Shown: positions 1 to 8,650 of the stretch, in pieces
Layout of the letters: every line of letters starts with the position of its first letter
Numbering within the stretch: position 1 is the first letter of the stretch
Assembly: GCA_965262615.1 (NCBI GenBank)
Contig: OZ253545.1
Span: forward strand, 736,001-800,000
Origin: Alphaproteobacteria bacterium
Lineage (GTDB): Bacteria > Pseudomonadota > Alphaproteobacteria > GM7ARS4 > G965262615
DNA length: 64,000 nt
Direction: 5' to 3'
The notes under the pieces: model-generated
Told to the model about the DNA's origin: nothing
The model's database searches: none
Seen by the model: only the letters and a program-made list of their open reading frames with translations
Made by a program: the position numbers and the translations under genes

Positions 1-2
1 CC

Positions 3-965
3 AATCCGCAACGCCATGCCGCGGGCATTGTGATTGAAGCCAAGATTGAACACGGCAGAGGCTCTATGGCGACATTATTGGTGCAGCACGGCACTTTGCG
101 TAAAGGGGATATTATTGTCGCCGGGCAGGAGTGGGGCAAACTGCGTCTTATGGTGGATAGTCATGGTGCGCCCCAAGATACCGCCTTGCCTGCCATGCCC
201 ATTGCCGTTGTGGGACTCAATGGCGTGCCTCTGGCTGGTGACGAATTTTCTGTCGTTGAGAATGAAAAAAGAGCCAAAGAAATATCTCAATACCGCACCC
301 GCAGCAGGCGCGAGCGTAGCAATGAATCCGTTGTCTCTCGCACCATGCCGAATTTTGACGAAAAAGAGAGCAATACCTTTGCTGTGCTCATCAAAGCCGA
401 TGTGCGAGGCTCGGTGGAAGCCATCAAACACGGGCTGGAGAAAATGTCCAGTGAGCAGGTCACCCTCAAAGTCATTTATGGCGCGGTGGGCGAGGTGAGT
501 GAATCCGATGTCACGCTGGCATCGGCTTCGGATGCCTTCATCATTGCCTTTAACAGCCGCATTGCCCCTCAGGCGCGAGCATTGTTAGAAAGAGAGGGAA
601 TCAGCTGTGAGACTTATTCCATCATTTATCGCGTCTTTGAATCCATTGAGGAGAAGGTTGCCGCGCGCTTTGCTCCCGAATTTGTCACCCGTGACATTGG
701 CGAGGCGGAGATTAAACAGCTCTTTGATATTGGCAAGGTGGGCGTCATTGCTGGCTGCATGGTGACCAGCGGGGTCATTCAAAAAGATGCTTATGCGCGT
801 GTCATGCGCGGTGACGACACCGTTTTTGACGGCGGCATCAGTCAAATCAAGCATTTCAAGGATGATGTTCCCGAAGTCAAAAGTGGCAGCGAATGTGGCA
901 TTGCTTTTCAGTCATTCACCGCCATGCAGGCGGGGGATCGCATTATTTGCTATGTGCGAGAATAG
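3..965 (+). CDS. infB: Translation initiation factor IF-2, C-terminal part (5' truncated by window edge)
   Basis: IKADVRGSVEAI, IIAFN, YSIIY, IAGCMV, KHFKDDVPEVKSGSECGI motifs; frame is open to the window start. Confidence 0.97.
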   Translation, partial: NPQRHAAGIVIEAKIEHGRGSMATLLVQHGTLRKGDIIVAGQEWGKLRLMVDSHGAPQDTALPAMPIAVVGLNGVPLAGDEFSVVENEKRAKEISQYRTRSRRERSNESVVSRTMPNFDEKESNTFAVLIKADVRGSVEAIKHGLEKMSSEQVTLKVIYGAVGEVSESDVTLASASDAFIIAFNSRIAPQARALLEREGISCETYSIIYRVFESIEEKVAARFAPEFVTRDIGEAEIKQLFDIGKVGVIAGCMVTSGVIQKDAYARVMRGDDTVFDGGISQIKHFKDDVPEVKSGSECGIAFQSFTAMQAGDRIICYVRE

Positions 966-1049
966 CACGGTGGGCGGTGAGGGATTCGAATGTCATGCGC
1001 GGTGACGACACTGTTTTTGACGGCGGCATCAGTCAAATCAAGCATTTCA
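966..1049. repeat. Duplicated fragments: 25-bp copy of the tRNA-Val 3' end (966-990 vs 1048-1072) followed by a 59-bp copy of infB 800-858 (991-1049)
   Basis: Direct comparison by eye; one mismatch in each copy. Confidence 0.92.
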
Positions 1050-1052
1050 CGG

Positions 1053-1125
1053 TGGGCGGTGAGGGACTCGAACCCCCGCCTTCCTCGGTGTAAACGAGAC
1101 ACTCTACCAGCTGAGCTAACCGCCC
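1053..1125 (-). tRNA. tRNA-Val(TAC); CCA not encoded (CCG follows)
   Basis: Minus strand GGGCGGTTAGCTCAGCTGGTAGAG...TCTCG-TTTACAC-CGAGG...GGTTCGAGTCCC..ACCGCCCA cloverleaf. Confidence 0.95.
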
Positions 1126-1144
1126 CCGCGTTCATGTTTACATC

Positions 1145-1417
1145 TTAATTCAGAGCGTCCTTGAGACCTTTGCCCGCTTTGAAGCGTGCCACATTGCTCG
1201 CAGGTATTTGGATGGTTTCACCCGTACGAGGATTGCGTCCCGTGGTGGCTTTGCGTTGGCTCACCGAAAAAGTGCCAAAGCCGATGATTTTAACATCATC
1301 ATTCTTTTTTAAGGCTTCGGTGATGTGATCAAAAACAGCACTCACGGCTTTGTCCGCCACAGCGTTTTTCAAGTCGCATTCAGCCGCTAAAGCTTCTGTC
1401 AGATCTTTTTTGTTCAT
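1145..1417 (-). CDS. hupB: DNA-binding protein HU
   Basis: GFGTFSV..RKATTGRNPRTGETIQI..FKAGKGLKD; downstream of lon. Confidence 0.95.
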   Translation of the reverse strand: MNKKDLTEALAAECDLKNAVADKAVSAVFDHITEALKKNDDVKIIGFGTFSVSQRKATTGRNPRTGETIQIPASNVARFKAGKGLKDALN

Positions 1418-1452
1418 GACAATTCTCCTTCATGGGTTGTAAAGGGCTTATC

Positions 1453-3873
1453 CTAATGGGTTAGGGGTGTTTTGTCACCTCTTTGCGTCATATTTTTTTC
1501 TTGCCGAATGGCGATGGATGATGTCTCATCGTGCTGCCACGGCTCTCTTTTTGTGGGCATATGAATCAAAGCCAGAGGCAACACCTCATGGGCATTTTTG
1601 ACAGGAATGATTTCAAGAGCATTCTTCACCTTATCGGGAATCTCTTCCAGATCCTTAATATTGTCGTGGGGGATAATCACCTTTTTGATGCCACCGCGCA
1701 GTGCCGCCAGCATTTTCTCCTTAAGACCGCCAATGGGCAGCACTCGTCCGCTCAGAGTGATCTCTCCCGTCATGGCGGTGTGGCGATCAACGGCAATGGA
1801 AGTCAGAGACGAGACGATGGAGCAATAGATGGCAATGCCCGCCGACGGACCATCTTTTGGTGTCGCTCCTTCGGGAACATGCAGATGAATATCCTGTTTG
1901 TCAAAGAGGGCGGCATCAAGGTTGAGGTCGCTCGCTCGAGCCCGCACGAAACTGATCGCCGCCTGCACCGACTCTTTCATGATGTCACCCAGTGTTCCCG
2001 TGTAATGATATTTGCCCTTGCCCGCCATGATGACGGTTTCCACCGACAGCAAATCGCCGCCGTTTTCCGTCCACGCCAAACCTGTGGTGACACCAATGAG
2101 ATCGTTATCACTCACACTGCCATAGCGAAAACGCAGCACACCGGCATAGTCTTTGAGGTTGTCCTGGCGAATATCAACGCGGGTTGTTTGTTCCTCTTGC
2201 ATCAATTGGCGCACCGCCTTGCGCGCCAGCTGGGCACATTCGCGTTCTAAATTACGCAAGCCGGCTTCGCGCGTGTAGCGTCTGATGAGGGTCAAGATTG
2301 CCTCATCGGAGACATTCCATTCGTCTTCACTCAAGCCATTGTCCTCACGCTGCTTGGGCAACAGATGGCGTTTGGTAATTTCTAATTTTTCGTCTTCGGT
2401 ATAGCCGGAGATTCGCAAGCACTCCATGCGATCCATCAACGGCTGCGGCATATTGAGGGTGTTGGCTGTGGTGACAAACAACACATCGGACAAATCATAA
2501 TCCACCTCCAAATAGTGATCATTGAAGGCTTTGTTTTGTTCAGGATCTAACACCTCCAGCAAAGCCGATGCCGGATCGCCGCGCCAGTCAGCACCAATTT
2601 TATCCACCTCGTCAAGCAAAAACAAAGGATTGGAGTGCTTCGCCTTCTTCATTCCCTGAATGATTTTTCCCGGCAGTGAGCCAATATAAGTGCGGCGATG
2701 CCCTCTGATTTCCGACTCATCTCGCAAGCCGCCCAAAGACATCCGTACAAAAGGACGCCCCGTTGCACGGGCAATGGATGCCCCCAAAGATGTCTTGCCA
2801 ACGCCAGGGGGACCCACAAGGCACAAGATGGGCCCCTTCACCCTTTTGGTTTTAATCTGCACCGCAATGAATTCCAAAATGCGTTCTTTGATTTTTTTCA
2901 ATCCATAATGATCGGCATCAAGGATTTTTTCCGCCTCGTCCAGTGATGTTTGAATGGCTGAGGGATTGCGCCACGGCAACGACACCAGCCAATCAAGATA
3001 ATTGCGAGAGACATTGGCTTCTGCCGACATGGGACTCATGCTTTTGAGTTTCTTCATCTCTTGGTGTGCCCGCTCACGGGCTTCTTTGGTGAAGCGCGTC
3101 TTTTTGATTTTCTTCTCCAGCTCATCCATATCGTTGTGTCCGCCCTCGCCATCGCCCAATTCTTTTTGAATGGCTTTCATTTGTTCGTTGAGATAGTATT
3201 CCTTTTGCGTTTTATCCATCTGATTTTTCACGCGACCGCGAATGCGTTTCTCCACCTTGAGGACAGCGATTTCATTCTCCATCAGTTCATAGATTTTCTC
3301 CAGCCGTTCGGTGACCGACACCGTCTCCAGCAACGCCTGTTTATCCTGAATGGACAGCATCAGATTCGCGGCGATGGTGTCTGCCAGCTTGGATGGATCT
3401 TTCACCTGACTGAGTGCGTTCAAAATATCCACCGAAATCTTTTTATTAAAACGCAGATAGACGCTGAATTGATGCAGCATTGAGCGCGTGAGTGCCTGTA
3501 ATTCATGACCACTGTGTTCAGAGCCCGCCAGAGGTTCGGTGTCGGCTTCAAAAAATTCTTTGCGCCCACTGAATTCCTTGACCCGATAGCGAGTCAAACC
3601 CTCCACCAACACCTTCACCGCCCCATCGGGCAGCTTCAGCAATTGCAGAACCATGCCCAAAGTGCCGACATGATACATGTCCTCGTGGCGAGGTTGATCG
3701 TCGGAGGCATCTTTTTGTGCCAACAGCAAAATGCGCTTGTGACCCTTCATCACCTCATCAAGAGCCTTGACAGACCGCACCCGTCCCACAAACAACGGAA
3801 CAATCATATGAGGAAAGACAACCACATCTCGCAATGGCAACACCGGATAGCGATTGTCAGAGGCATCGGTCAT
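1453..3873 (-). CDS. lon: Lon protease
   Basis: PVLPLRDVVVFP, GPPGVGKTS Walker A, PKDGPSAG catalytic Ser, IGGLKEK. Confidence 0.99.
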   Translation of the reverse strand: MTDASDNRYPVLPLRDVVVFPHMIVPLFVGRVRSVKALDEVMKGHKRILLLAQKDASDDQPRHEDMYHVGTLGMVLQLLKLPDGAVKVLVEGLTRYRVKEFSGRKEFFEADTEPLAGSEHSGHELQALTRSMLHQFSVYLRFNKKISVDILNALSQVKDPSKLADTIAANLMLSIQDKQALLETVSVTERLEKIYELMENEIAVLKVEKRIRGRVKNQMDKTQKEYYLNEQMKAIQKELGDGEGGHNDMDELEKKIKKTRFTKEARERAHQEMKKLKSMSPMSAEANVSRNYLDWLVSLPWRNPSAIQTSLDEAEKILDADHYGLKKIKERILEFIAVQIKTKRVKGPILCLVGPPGVGKTSLGASIARATGRPFVRMSLGGLRDESEIRGHRRTYIGSLPGKIIQGMKKAKHSNPLFLLDEVDKIGADWRGDPASALLEVLDPEQNKAFNDHYLEVDYDLSDVLFVTTANTLNMPQPLMDRMECLRISGYTEDEKLEITKRHLLPKQREDNGLSEDEWNVSDEAILTLIRRYTREAGLRNLERECAQLARKAVRQLMQEEQTTRVDIRQDNLKDYAGVLRFRYGSVSDNDLIGVTTGLAWTENGGDLLSVETVIMAGKGKYHYTGTLGDIMKESVQAAISFVRARASDLNLDAALFDKQDIHLHVPEGATPKDGPSAGIAIYCSIVSSLTSIAVDRHTAMTGEITLSGRVLPIGGLKEKMLAALRGGIKKVIIPHDNIKDLEEIPDKVKNALEIIPVKNAHEVLPLALIHMPTKREPWQHDETSSIAIRQEKNMTQRGDKTPLTH

Positions 3874-3911
3874 GGATGATTACATAAGCTTTTATGCCCG
3901 TGTTCGCAAGG

Positions 3912-5171
3912 TCAGCTGGCTTGTCTTTGTGTGTCGGCATAGATGTGCAAAGGTTCCATCGCTCCTGTGACCACATCCTCATTGACAATCACGCGATTCA
4001 AGGATGGCAAGCTGGGCATTTCAAACATGGTGTTGAGCAGTATTTTCTCACAAATAGAATGCAGGGCACGGGCACCTGTTTTGCGCTCATAGGCCTGATG
4101 GGCGATGGCGCGCAGAGCCTCATCGGTGAAGATCAGCTGCACACCATCCATCTCAAAGATGCGTTTGTATTGGCTGATGAGCGCATTCTTCGGCTCGGTC
4201 AGAACGCGCACCAGCATGTCTTCGGTGAGTTCATTGAGAGAGGCAATGACGGGCAGGCGTCCGACAAATTCAGGAATCAAGCCATAGCGAATGAGATCTT
4301 CGGGCTCTGCCGCATGCATCAAAGGCGTGATGGCATGATGGTCATCAGGCGCATGCACCGATGCACCAAAGCCCATGCCGTTCCCCTTGATGCGATTCTG
4401 CACCAATTGATTCAAACCCGCAAACGCCCCACCACAAATGAACAAGATGTGGCGCGTATCCACTTGCAGAAATTCTTGTTGCGGGTGCTTGCGTCCGCCC
4501 TGAGGGGGAACGCTGGCAATCGTCCCTTCCATCAGCTTGAGCAGTGCCTGCTGCACGCCCTCGCCAGACACATCGCGCGTGATGGAAAGATTATCCGCTT
4601 TGCGGCTGATTTTATCCACCTCGTCAATATAGACAATGCCGCGCTGGGCTCGCTCCACATTGTAATCGGAAGCTTGCAGCAGTTTGAGAATAATATTCTC
4701 AACATCTTCGCCCACATATCCCGCCTCGGTCAGGGTGGTGGCATCCGCCATGGTGAAGGGGACATCTATGATGCGAGCCAGCGTCTCCGCCAGCAATGTT
4801 TTGCCACTGCCCGTCGTGCCGATGAGCAGAATGTTGGATTTGCTCAAATCGTCATCATGATCCTTGACGCCATGCTCAATGCGTTTGTAGTGATTATACA
4901 CCGCCACCGATAACACACGCTTGGCTTGATCTTGTCCGATGACATAATCATTGAACTTATTGTAGATTTCTTTGGGTTTGGGCAGTTGTTTTTTGGGCGT
5001 TTTTCCCGTTTGTTTTTGCTCTTCTTTGAGGATGTCCATGCACAGTTCAATGCATTCGTTGCAAATCATCACGCTTGGACCGGCAATCAGCTTGCGCACA
5101 TCATGCTGATTTTTGCCGCAAAAAGAGCAGTGCAGGTGTTTTTCTTTGGATGTTTGACTGTTTGATGTCAT
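3912..5171 (-). CDS. clpX: ATP-dependent Clp protease ATP-binding subunit ClpX
   Basis: CSFCGK..ICNEC zinc finger, [25 protein letters not shown]. Confidence 0.99.
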   Translation of the reverse strand: MTSNSQTSKEKHLHCSFCGKNQHDVRKLIAGPSVMICNECIELCMDILKEEQKQTGKTPKKQLPKPKEIYNKFNDYVIGQDQAKRVLSVAVYNHYKRIEHGVKDHDDDLSKSNILLIGTTGSGKTLLAETLARIIDVPFTMADATTLTEAGYVGEDVENIILKLLQASDYNVERAQRGIVYIDEVDKISRKADNLSITRDVSGEGVQQALLKLMEGTIASVPPQGGRKHPQQEFLQVDTRHILFICGGAFAGLNQLVQNRIKGNGMGFGASVHAPDDHHAITPLMHAAEPEDLIRYGLIPEFVGRLPVIASLNELTEDMLVRVLTEPKNALISQYKRIFEMDGVQLIFTDEALRAIAHQAYERKTGARALHSICEKILLNTMFEMPSLPSLNRVIVNEDVVTGAMEPLHIYADTQRQAS

Positions 5172-5232
5172 AACCCTGTAGCCAAGCGATGTTGAACATA
5201 AATGTCAAGTGAATTTTTCATTCTTTTATGAA

Positions 5233-5886
5233 TTACCACAAAGCAGGTTTTTTTATCACAATAGGGTCTGGCAATTGGGAATTAGCAAACAATTGCATCC
5301 TGTCTTCTATAATAATCTCATCGTCTGCATGACTCTTAAGATTTTTCACAGCTTTTCCTCCCCTTGGATTGAAAAGAACGACCTCTTTATATTCTTTGAC
5401 AATCTTCAAAGCTCCCGTAAAATCACTATCATTGGATACAAGAAGAACGCAATCATGGTTTTGACACAAAGCATCTTTGACCATGGCCACGGCTAAATTA
5501 ACATCTGTTTGCTTTTCTTCTATATTGAAAATCTTTACATCATCCCCGTCTGTCGTGATAGCTGGTTTTTCTCTGCAGGAAATTTTTCCCTTTATTATTT
5601 CCAATTGAGGCACATGTATCCTGAGTGCCTTTAAGTAACATCTTTGTCGTTCTTCAACTTTCTTAGCTTCTCTTCTCTCATCATCAGTCTTTAGCTGAGC
5701 AATATAAACATCAGGTTTGACTTGGACAATAGAAGTAAAGTACTTAACTGCGATTATATCATAGTTATCCTGCGTTGCTTTCATTAAGTTGTCAGCGAAA
5801 GCACCCAAATCAAGCCATTTGTGTTGGGTTTTCTTTAAGGCATAATACAAGTTAAGCCCGTCAATATAGACAATTACTTTTTTCAT
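5233..5886 (-). CDS. NYN-domain (LabA/DUF88, PIN-like) ribonuclease, copy 1
   Basis: VYIDGLNLYY, EEKQTDVNLA, LVSNDSDF acidic motifs; C-terminal SQLPDPI..KPxxW; AT-rich; start taken at MKKVIV. Confidence 0.9.
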   Translation of the reverse strand: MKKVIVYIDGLNLYYALKKTQHKWLDLGAFADNLMKATQDNYDIIAVKYFTSIVQVKPDVYIAQLKTDDERREAKKVEERQRCYLKALRIHVPQLEIIKGKISCREKPAITTDGDDVKIFNIEEKQTDVNLAVAMVKDALCQNHDCVLLVSNDSDFTGALKIVKEYKEVVLFNPRGGKAVKNLKSHADDEIIIEDRMQLFANSQLPDPIVIKKPALW

Positions 5887-5897
5887 TAGGTAGCACC

Positions 5898-5969
5898 AAA
5901 AAACCGCGGGGTTGACTGAAAGCCAACCCCGCTTCACCCTACGGTCTAAGCCGCTACGGGCTACAGTTA
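5898..5969 (-). ncRNA. Putative leader RNA ending in an intrinsic terminator, upstream of NYN copy 1
   Basis: Starts TAACT 6 nt after a -10; ends in GCGGGGTTGGCT-TTC-AGTCAACCCCGC hairpin plus T6; same layout as 7822-7875. Confidence 0.6.
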
Positions 5970-5975
5970 ACTATA

Positions 5976-6003
5976 AGAATAGGCTTTCTTATGGTTCTGT
6001 CAA
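5976..6003 (-). promoter_or_regulatory. Sigma70-like promoter TTGACA-16-TATTCT overlapped by an inverted repeat
   Basis: Minus strand TTGACAgaaccataagaaagccTATTCT; AACCATAAGAA/TTCTTATAGTT inverted repeat. Confidence 0.6.
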
Positions 6004-6020
6004 CCCCCGCTTTGAGTTTT

Positions 6021-7556
6021 TTATACATCTTCTTTTTTCTCTCGCAAGGGTCGTTTGCGAAAAACGAGGGCGGTGGTCATGTGATTGAGGTGAATGGTGC
6101 TGCTGCCGTCTAAATCGGCGATGGTGCGGGCGACTTTGATGGCGCGCGTCCATGCGCGCGCCGATAGATTAAACCGTTCTGCCGATTGTTGCAAAAAATC
6201 CCGAGCATCATCGTTCATCGTTGCGATGCGCTCCAGTGCGTCCCCTTCGGCTTCGGCATTGCAGTGAAAGGGCAAGTCCAATTGCCGAAAACGCGCCGCC
6301 GCTCGTTCTCGTGCCGCCATGACTTGAGCTCGCATTTCCCCACTGCCTTTGCCCACCCGCGCGCCCATGAGATCGCGCGCCTCCACTTTGGGAACATCAA
6401 GAATCACATCAATGCGATCATAAAGAGGCCCCGATATTTTGTTTTGATAATCAATCGCGCACTGCGGCTTTTTGCGGCAATCGCAGTCATCGTCAAAATA
6501 CATACCGCAGCGACACGGATTCATCGCCGCAATCAATTGAAAGCGAGCGGGATAGCTCACATGAGCATTGGCGCGAGCAATCATGACCTTGCCGCTCTCC
6601 AACGGTTGACGCAACGCCTCCAGCGAGGCGCGGTTGAATTCGGGCAGTTCATCCAAAAACAAAACGCCCTTGTGACTGAGGCTGATTTCACCGGGTTTGG
6701 CTCGGACGCCGCCTCCCACCAAAGCGGGCAGTGATGCCGAATGATGAGGCGCACGAAAGGGACGAACACGACTCAGCGCGCCATCTTTGATGAGACCCGC
6801 CACCGAATGAATCATGCTCACTTCCAAAATCTCATCGGATGCCAGAGGCGGCAGCAACGAGGGCATGCACGATGCCAACATGGATTTTCCCGCGCCAGGC
6901 GGTCCAATCATGAGCATGTGATGTCCTCCCGCCGCCGCAATGGTGAGGGCTTCTTTGGCGCTTTCTTGTCCCTTCACATGCCGCAAATCCCGCTCATAAA
7001 GGGGATGCTCATCGGTGAGAACGGGCTCAGGCGCAGTGAGCAGCTGGGTGCCGCGCATGTGATTGACCAACGCCATCAAACTGTGAGGCGCAAGAATGGA
7101 GATGCTGCCACTGGCAGCGGCGGCTTCACTGCCGCAATCATGAGGACAAATCAAACCGCGTGTCGTCTGTGCGGCAAATAGTGCTGCGGGCAAAACGCCA
7201 GACACGGGAAGGATGCGTCCGTCCAGTGACAATTCACCCAAAGCGACAAAGTCATCAATATCGCCCACTGATATAATCTCCATCGCCTGCAGCAGAGCCA
7301 GGGCGATGGGCAGATCGTAATGACTGCCCTCTTTTTGCATGTCGGCGGGCGCGAGATTGATGGTGATGCGCTTTGGCGGCAATCCCAAGCCGATGGCGAC
7401 CAGTGCGGCGCGCACCCGCTCTCGTGATTCGGCAACCGCTTTGTCTCCCAATCCCACGATGGAAAAAGCAGGCAAGCCCGATGCCATTTGTGCTTGCACA
7501 TCCACCGCCTCTGCATCAATGCCTCGAAAGGCGACTGTTGATACCCGTGCCACCAT
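6021..7556 (-). CDS. comM: YifB/ComM Mg-chelatase-like AAA+ ATPase
   Basis: VAESRERVRAA, INLAPADMQKEGSHYDLPIA, GPPGAGKSML, RAPHHSAS, LFLDELPEF; start taken at MVARV. Confidence 0.95.
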   Translation of the reverse strand: MVARVSTVAFRGIDAEAVDVQAQMASGLPAFSIVGLGDKAVAESRERVRAALVAIGLGLPPKRITINLAPADMQKEGSHYDLPIALALLQAMEIISVGDIDDFVALGELSLDGRILPVSGVLPAALFAAQTTRGLICPHDCGSEAAAASGSISILAPHSLMALVNHMRGTQLLTAPEPVLTDEHPLYERDLRHVKGQESAKEALTIAAAGGHHMLMIGPPGAGKSMLASCMPSLLPPLASDEILEVSMIHSVAGLIKDGALSRVRPFRAPHHSASLPALVGGGVRAKPGEISLSHKGVLFLDELPEFNRASLEALRQPLESGKVMIARANAHVSYPARFQLIAAMNPCRCGMYFDDDCDCRKKPQCAIDYQNKISGPLYDRIDVILDVPKVEARDLMGARVGKGSGEMRAQVMAARERAAARFRQLDLPFHCNAEAEGDALERIATMNDDARDFLQQSAERFNLSARAWTRAIKVARTIADLDGSSTIHLNHMTTALVFRKRPLREKKEDV

Positions 7557-7637
7557 AACGGCGCACAGTATCATGACCATCAAAGACACGCAACAAAGGC
7601 GAGGGAGCCGTTTGTGAACTTTGAAAAAACAAAGGGG

Positions 7638-7677
7638 TTTGAAAAGTCTTGACAAGATGTTTCAAAAGCTCCACCCT
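7638..7677 (+). promoter_or_regulatory. 29-bp palindromic operator overlapping a TTGACA -35 element
   Basis: TTTGAAA-AG-TCTTG-A-CAAGA-TG-TTTCAAA; weak -10 CACCCT 17 nt downstream of TTGACA. Confidence 0.5.
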
Positions 7678-7682
7678 ATCCA

Positions 7683-7753
7683 CAGCATTGTCTGCGTGAT
7701 TCGCTCCGTGGACAGGGGTGGGGGACTTAATTGCCCCCACCCTCTCGTTTTTT
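7683..7753 (+). ncRNA. Candidate two-hairpin small RNA
   Basis: TGTCTGCG/CGTGGACA stem (G-U pairs form on + strand only), then GGGGTGGGGG/CCCCCACCCT stem and a T tract. Confidence 0.4.
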
Positions 7754-7787
7754 ATCTTTGAGATGGGAAAGAAGTTTAGATAAGTTG

Positions 7788-7816
7788 TTGACAACGGGAG
7801 GAAGAAGTGCTACATA
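7788..7816 (+). promoter_or_regulatory. Sigma70-like promoter TTGACA-17-TACATA
   Basis: Perfect -35, 17-nt spacer, TG upstream of the -10. Confidence 0.6.
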
Positions 7817-7821
7817 CCGTG

Positions 7822-7875
7822 TAACTACACCCTTTGGGGCAGCGGGTTCTCTCTTTGGGAGAACCCGCATTTTTT
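7822..7875 (+). ncRNA. Putative leader RNA ending in an intrinsic terminator, upstream of NYN copy 2
   Basis: TAACT start, CCC-TTTG-GGG mini-stem, GCGGGTTCTCTC-TTT-GGGAGAACCCGC hairpin plus T6. Confidence 0.6.
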
Positions 7876-7888
7876 GTTTTTGAACATC

Positions 7889-8569
7889 ATGAAAACAATC
7901 GTCTATATTGATGGCCTAAATTTGTATTATGGGGCTTTGAAAGACACTCCATACCGTTGGCTTGATTTGAAGCTTTTATCCCAAAACTGGCTACAAAAAA
8001 CAAAGTACAAACAGTGCGACATTGTTGCCGTTAAATACTTTACCTCTCGTGCTATTGAGAAACCCCCTATTGTGCAAAATCAACAGAGCAGACAAAAACA
8101 ACGCTCAGATTTGCACAATAGGCTCGCACAAAAAAGGCATTTGGCTGCGTTAGAGTCTCACATTGAGGGATTGGAAATTATTTATGGAACTCATGTTCAG
8201 CACACCGCTTATGCTTATGCCAAGGAAACGGGAAAAAGAATTGAAATCTATAAAATTGAAGAAAAAGAAACGGATGTGCATTTGGCGTGTTCTCTTTTGA
8301 ACGATGCCTATATGGATTGTTATGACTGTGCTGCCGTCATGACCAATGATACCGATATAGCCCCTGCCCTTGCATTCATCAAAAAGCACCATCCTCATAA
8401 AAAGGTGATTATCTTAAATCCGTATATCTCTGAAAAAAGAGGAACGGCACAAAAGCTTGCAGAGAATTGCACTTCCTATGCCAAAATTCGCAAGTCGGTT
8501 CTTGCTCAATCCCAATTACCCGACCCCATTCCCAACACGAAATTGCACAAGCCAAAAAGATGGGGATGA
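7889..8569 (+). CDS. NYN-domain (LabA/DUF88, PIN-like) ribonuclease, copy 2
   Basis: VYIDGLNLYY, EEKETDVHLA, MTNDTDI, C-terminal SQLPDPIP..KPKRW; start taken at MKTIV. Confidence 0.9.
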   Translation: MKTIVYIDGLNLYYGALKDTPYRWLDLKLLSQNWLQKTKYKQCDIVAVKYFTSRAIEKPPIVQNQQSRQKQRSDLHNRLAQKRHLAALESHIEGLEIIYGTHVQHTAYAYAKETGKRIEIYKIEEKETDVHLACSLLNDAYMDCYDCAAVMTNDTDIAPALAFIKKHHPHKKVIILNPYISEKRGTAQKLAENCTSYAKIRKSVLAQSQLPDPIPNTKLHKPKRWG

Positions 8570-8650
8570 ATTGTATATCGCTTGCGGAAATTATGGTGTT
8601 CTCACGCGAGGCATCATAAAGACGCGAGCCATAGGACAAGCATGAAAATG

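Noticed and set aside
8570-8650. Possible gene remnant between NYN2 and the GmrSD-like gene
   Set aside because: Too short to identify; no recognisable motif
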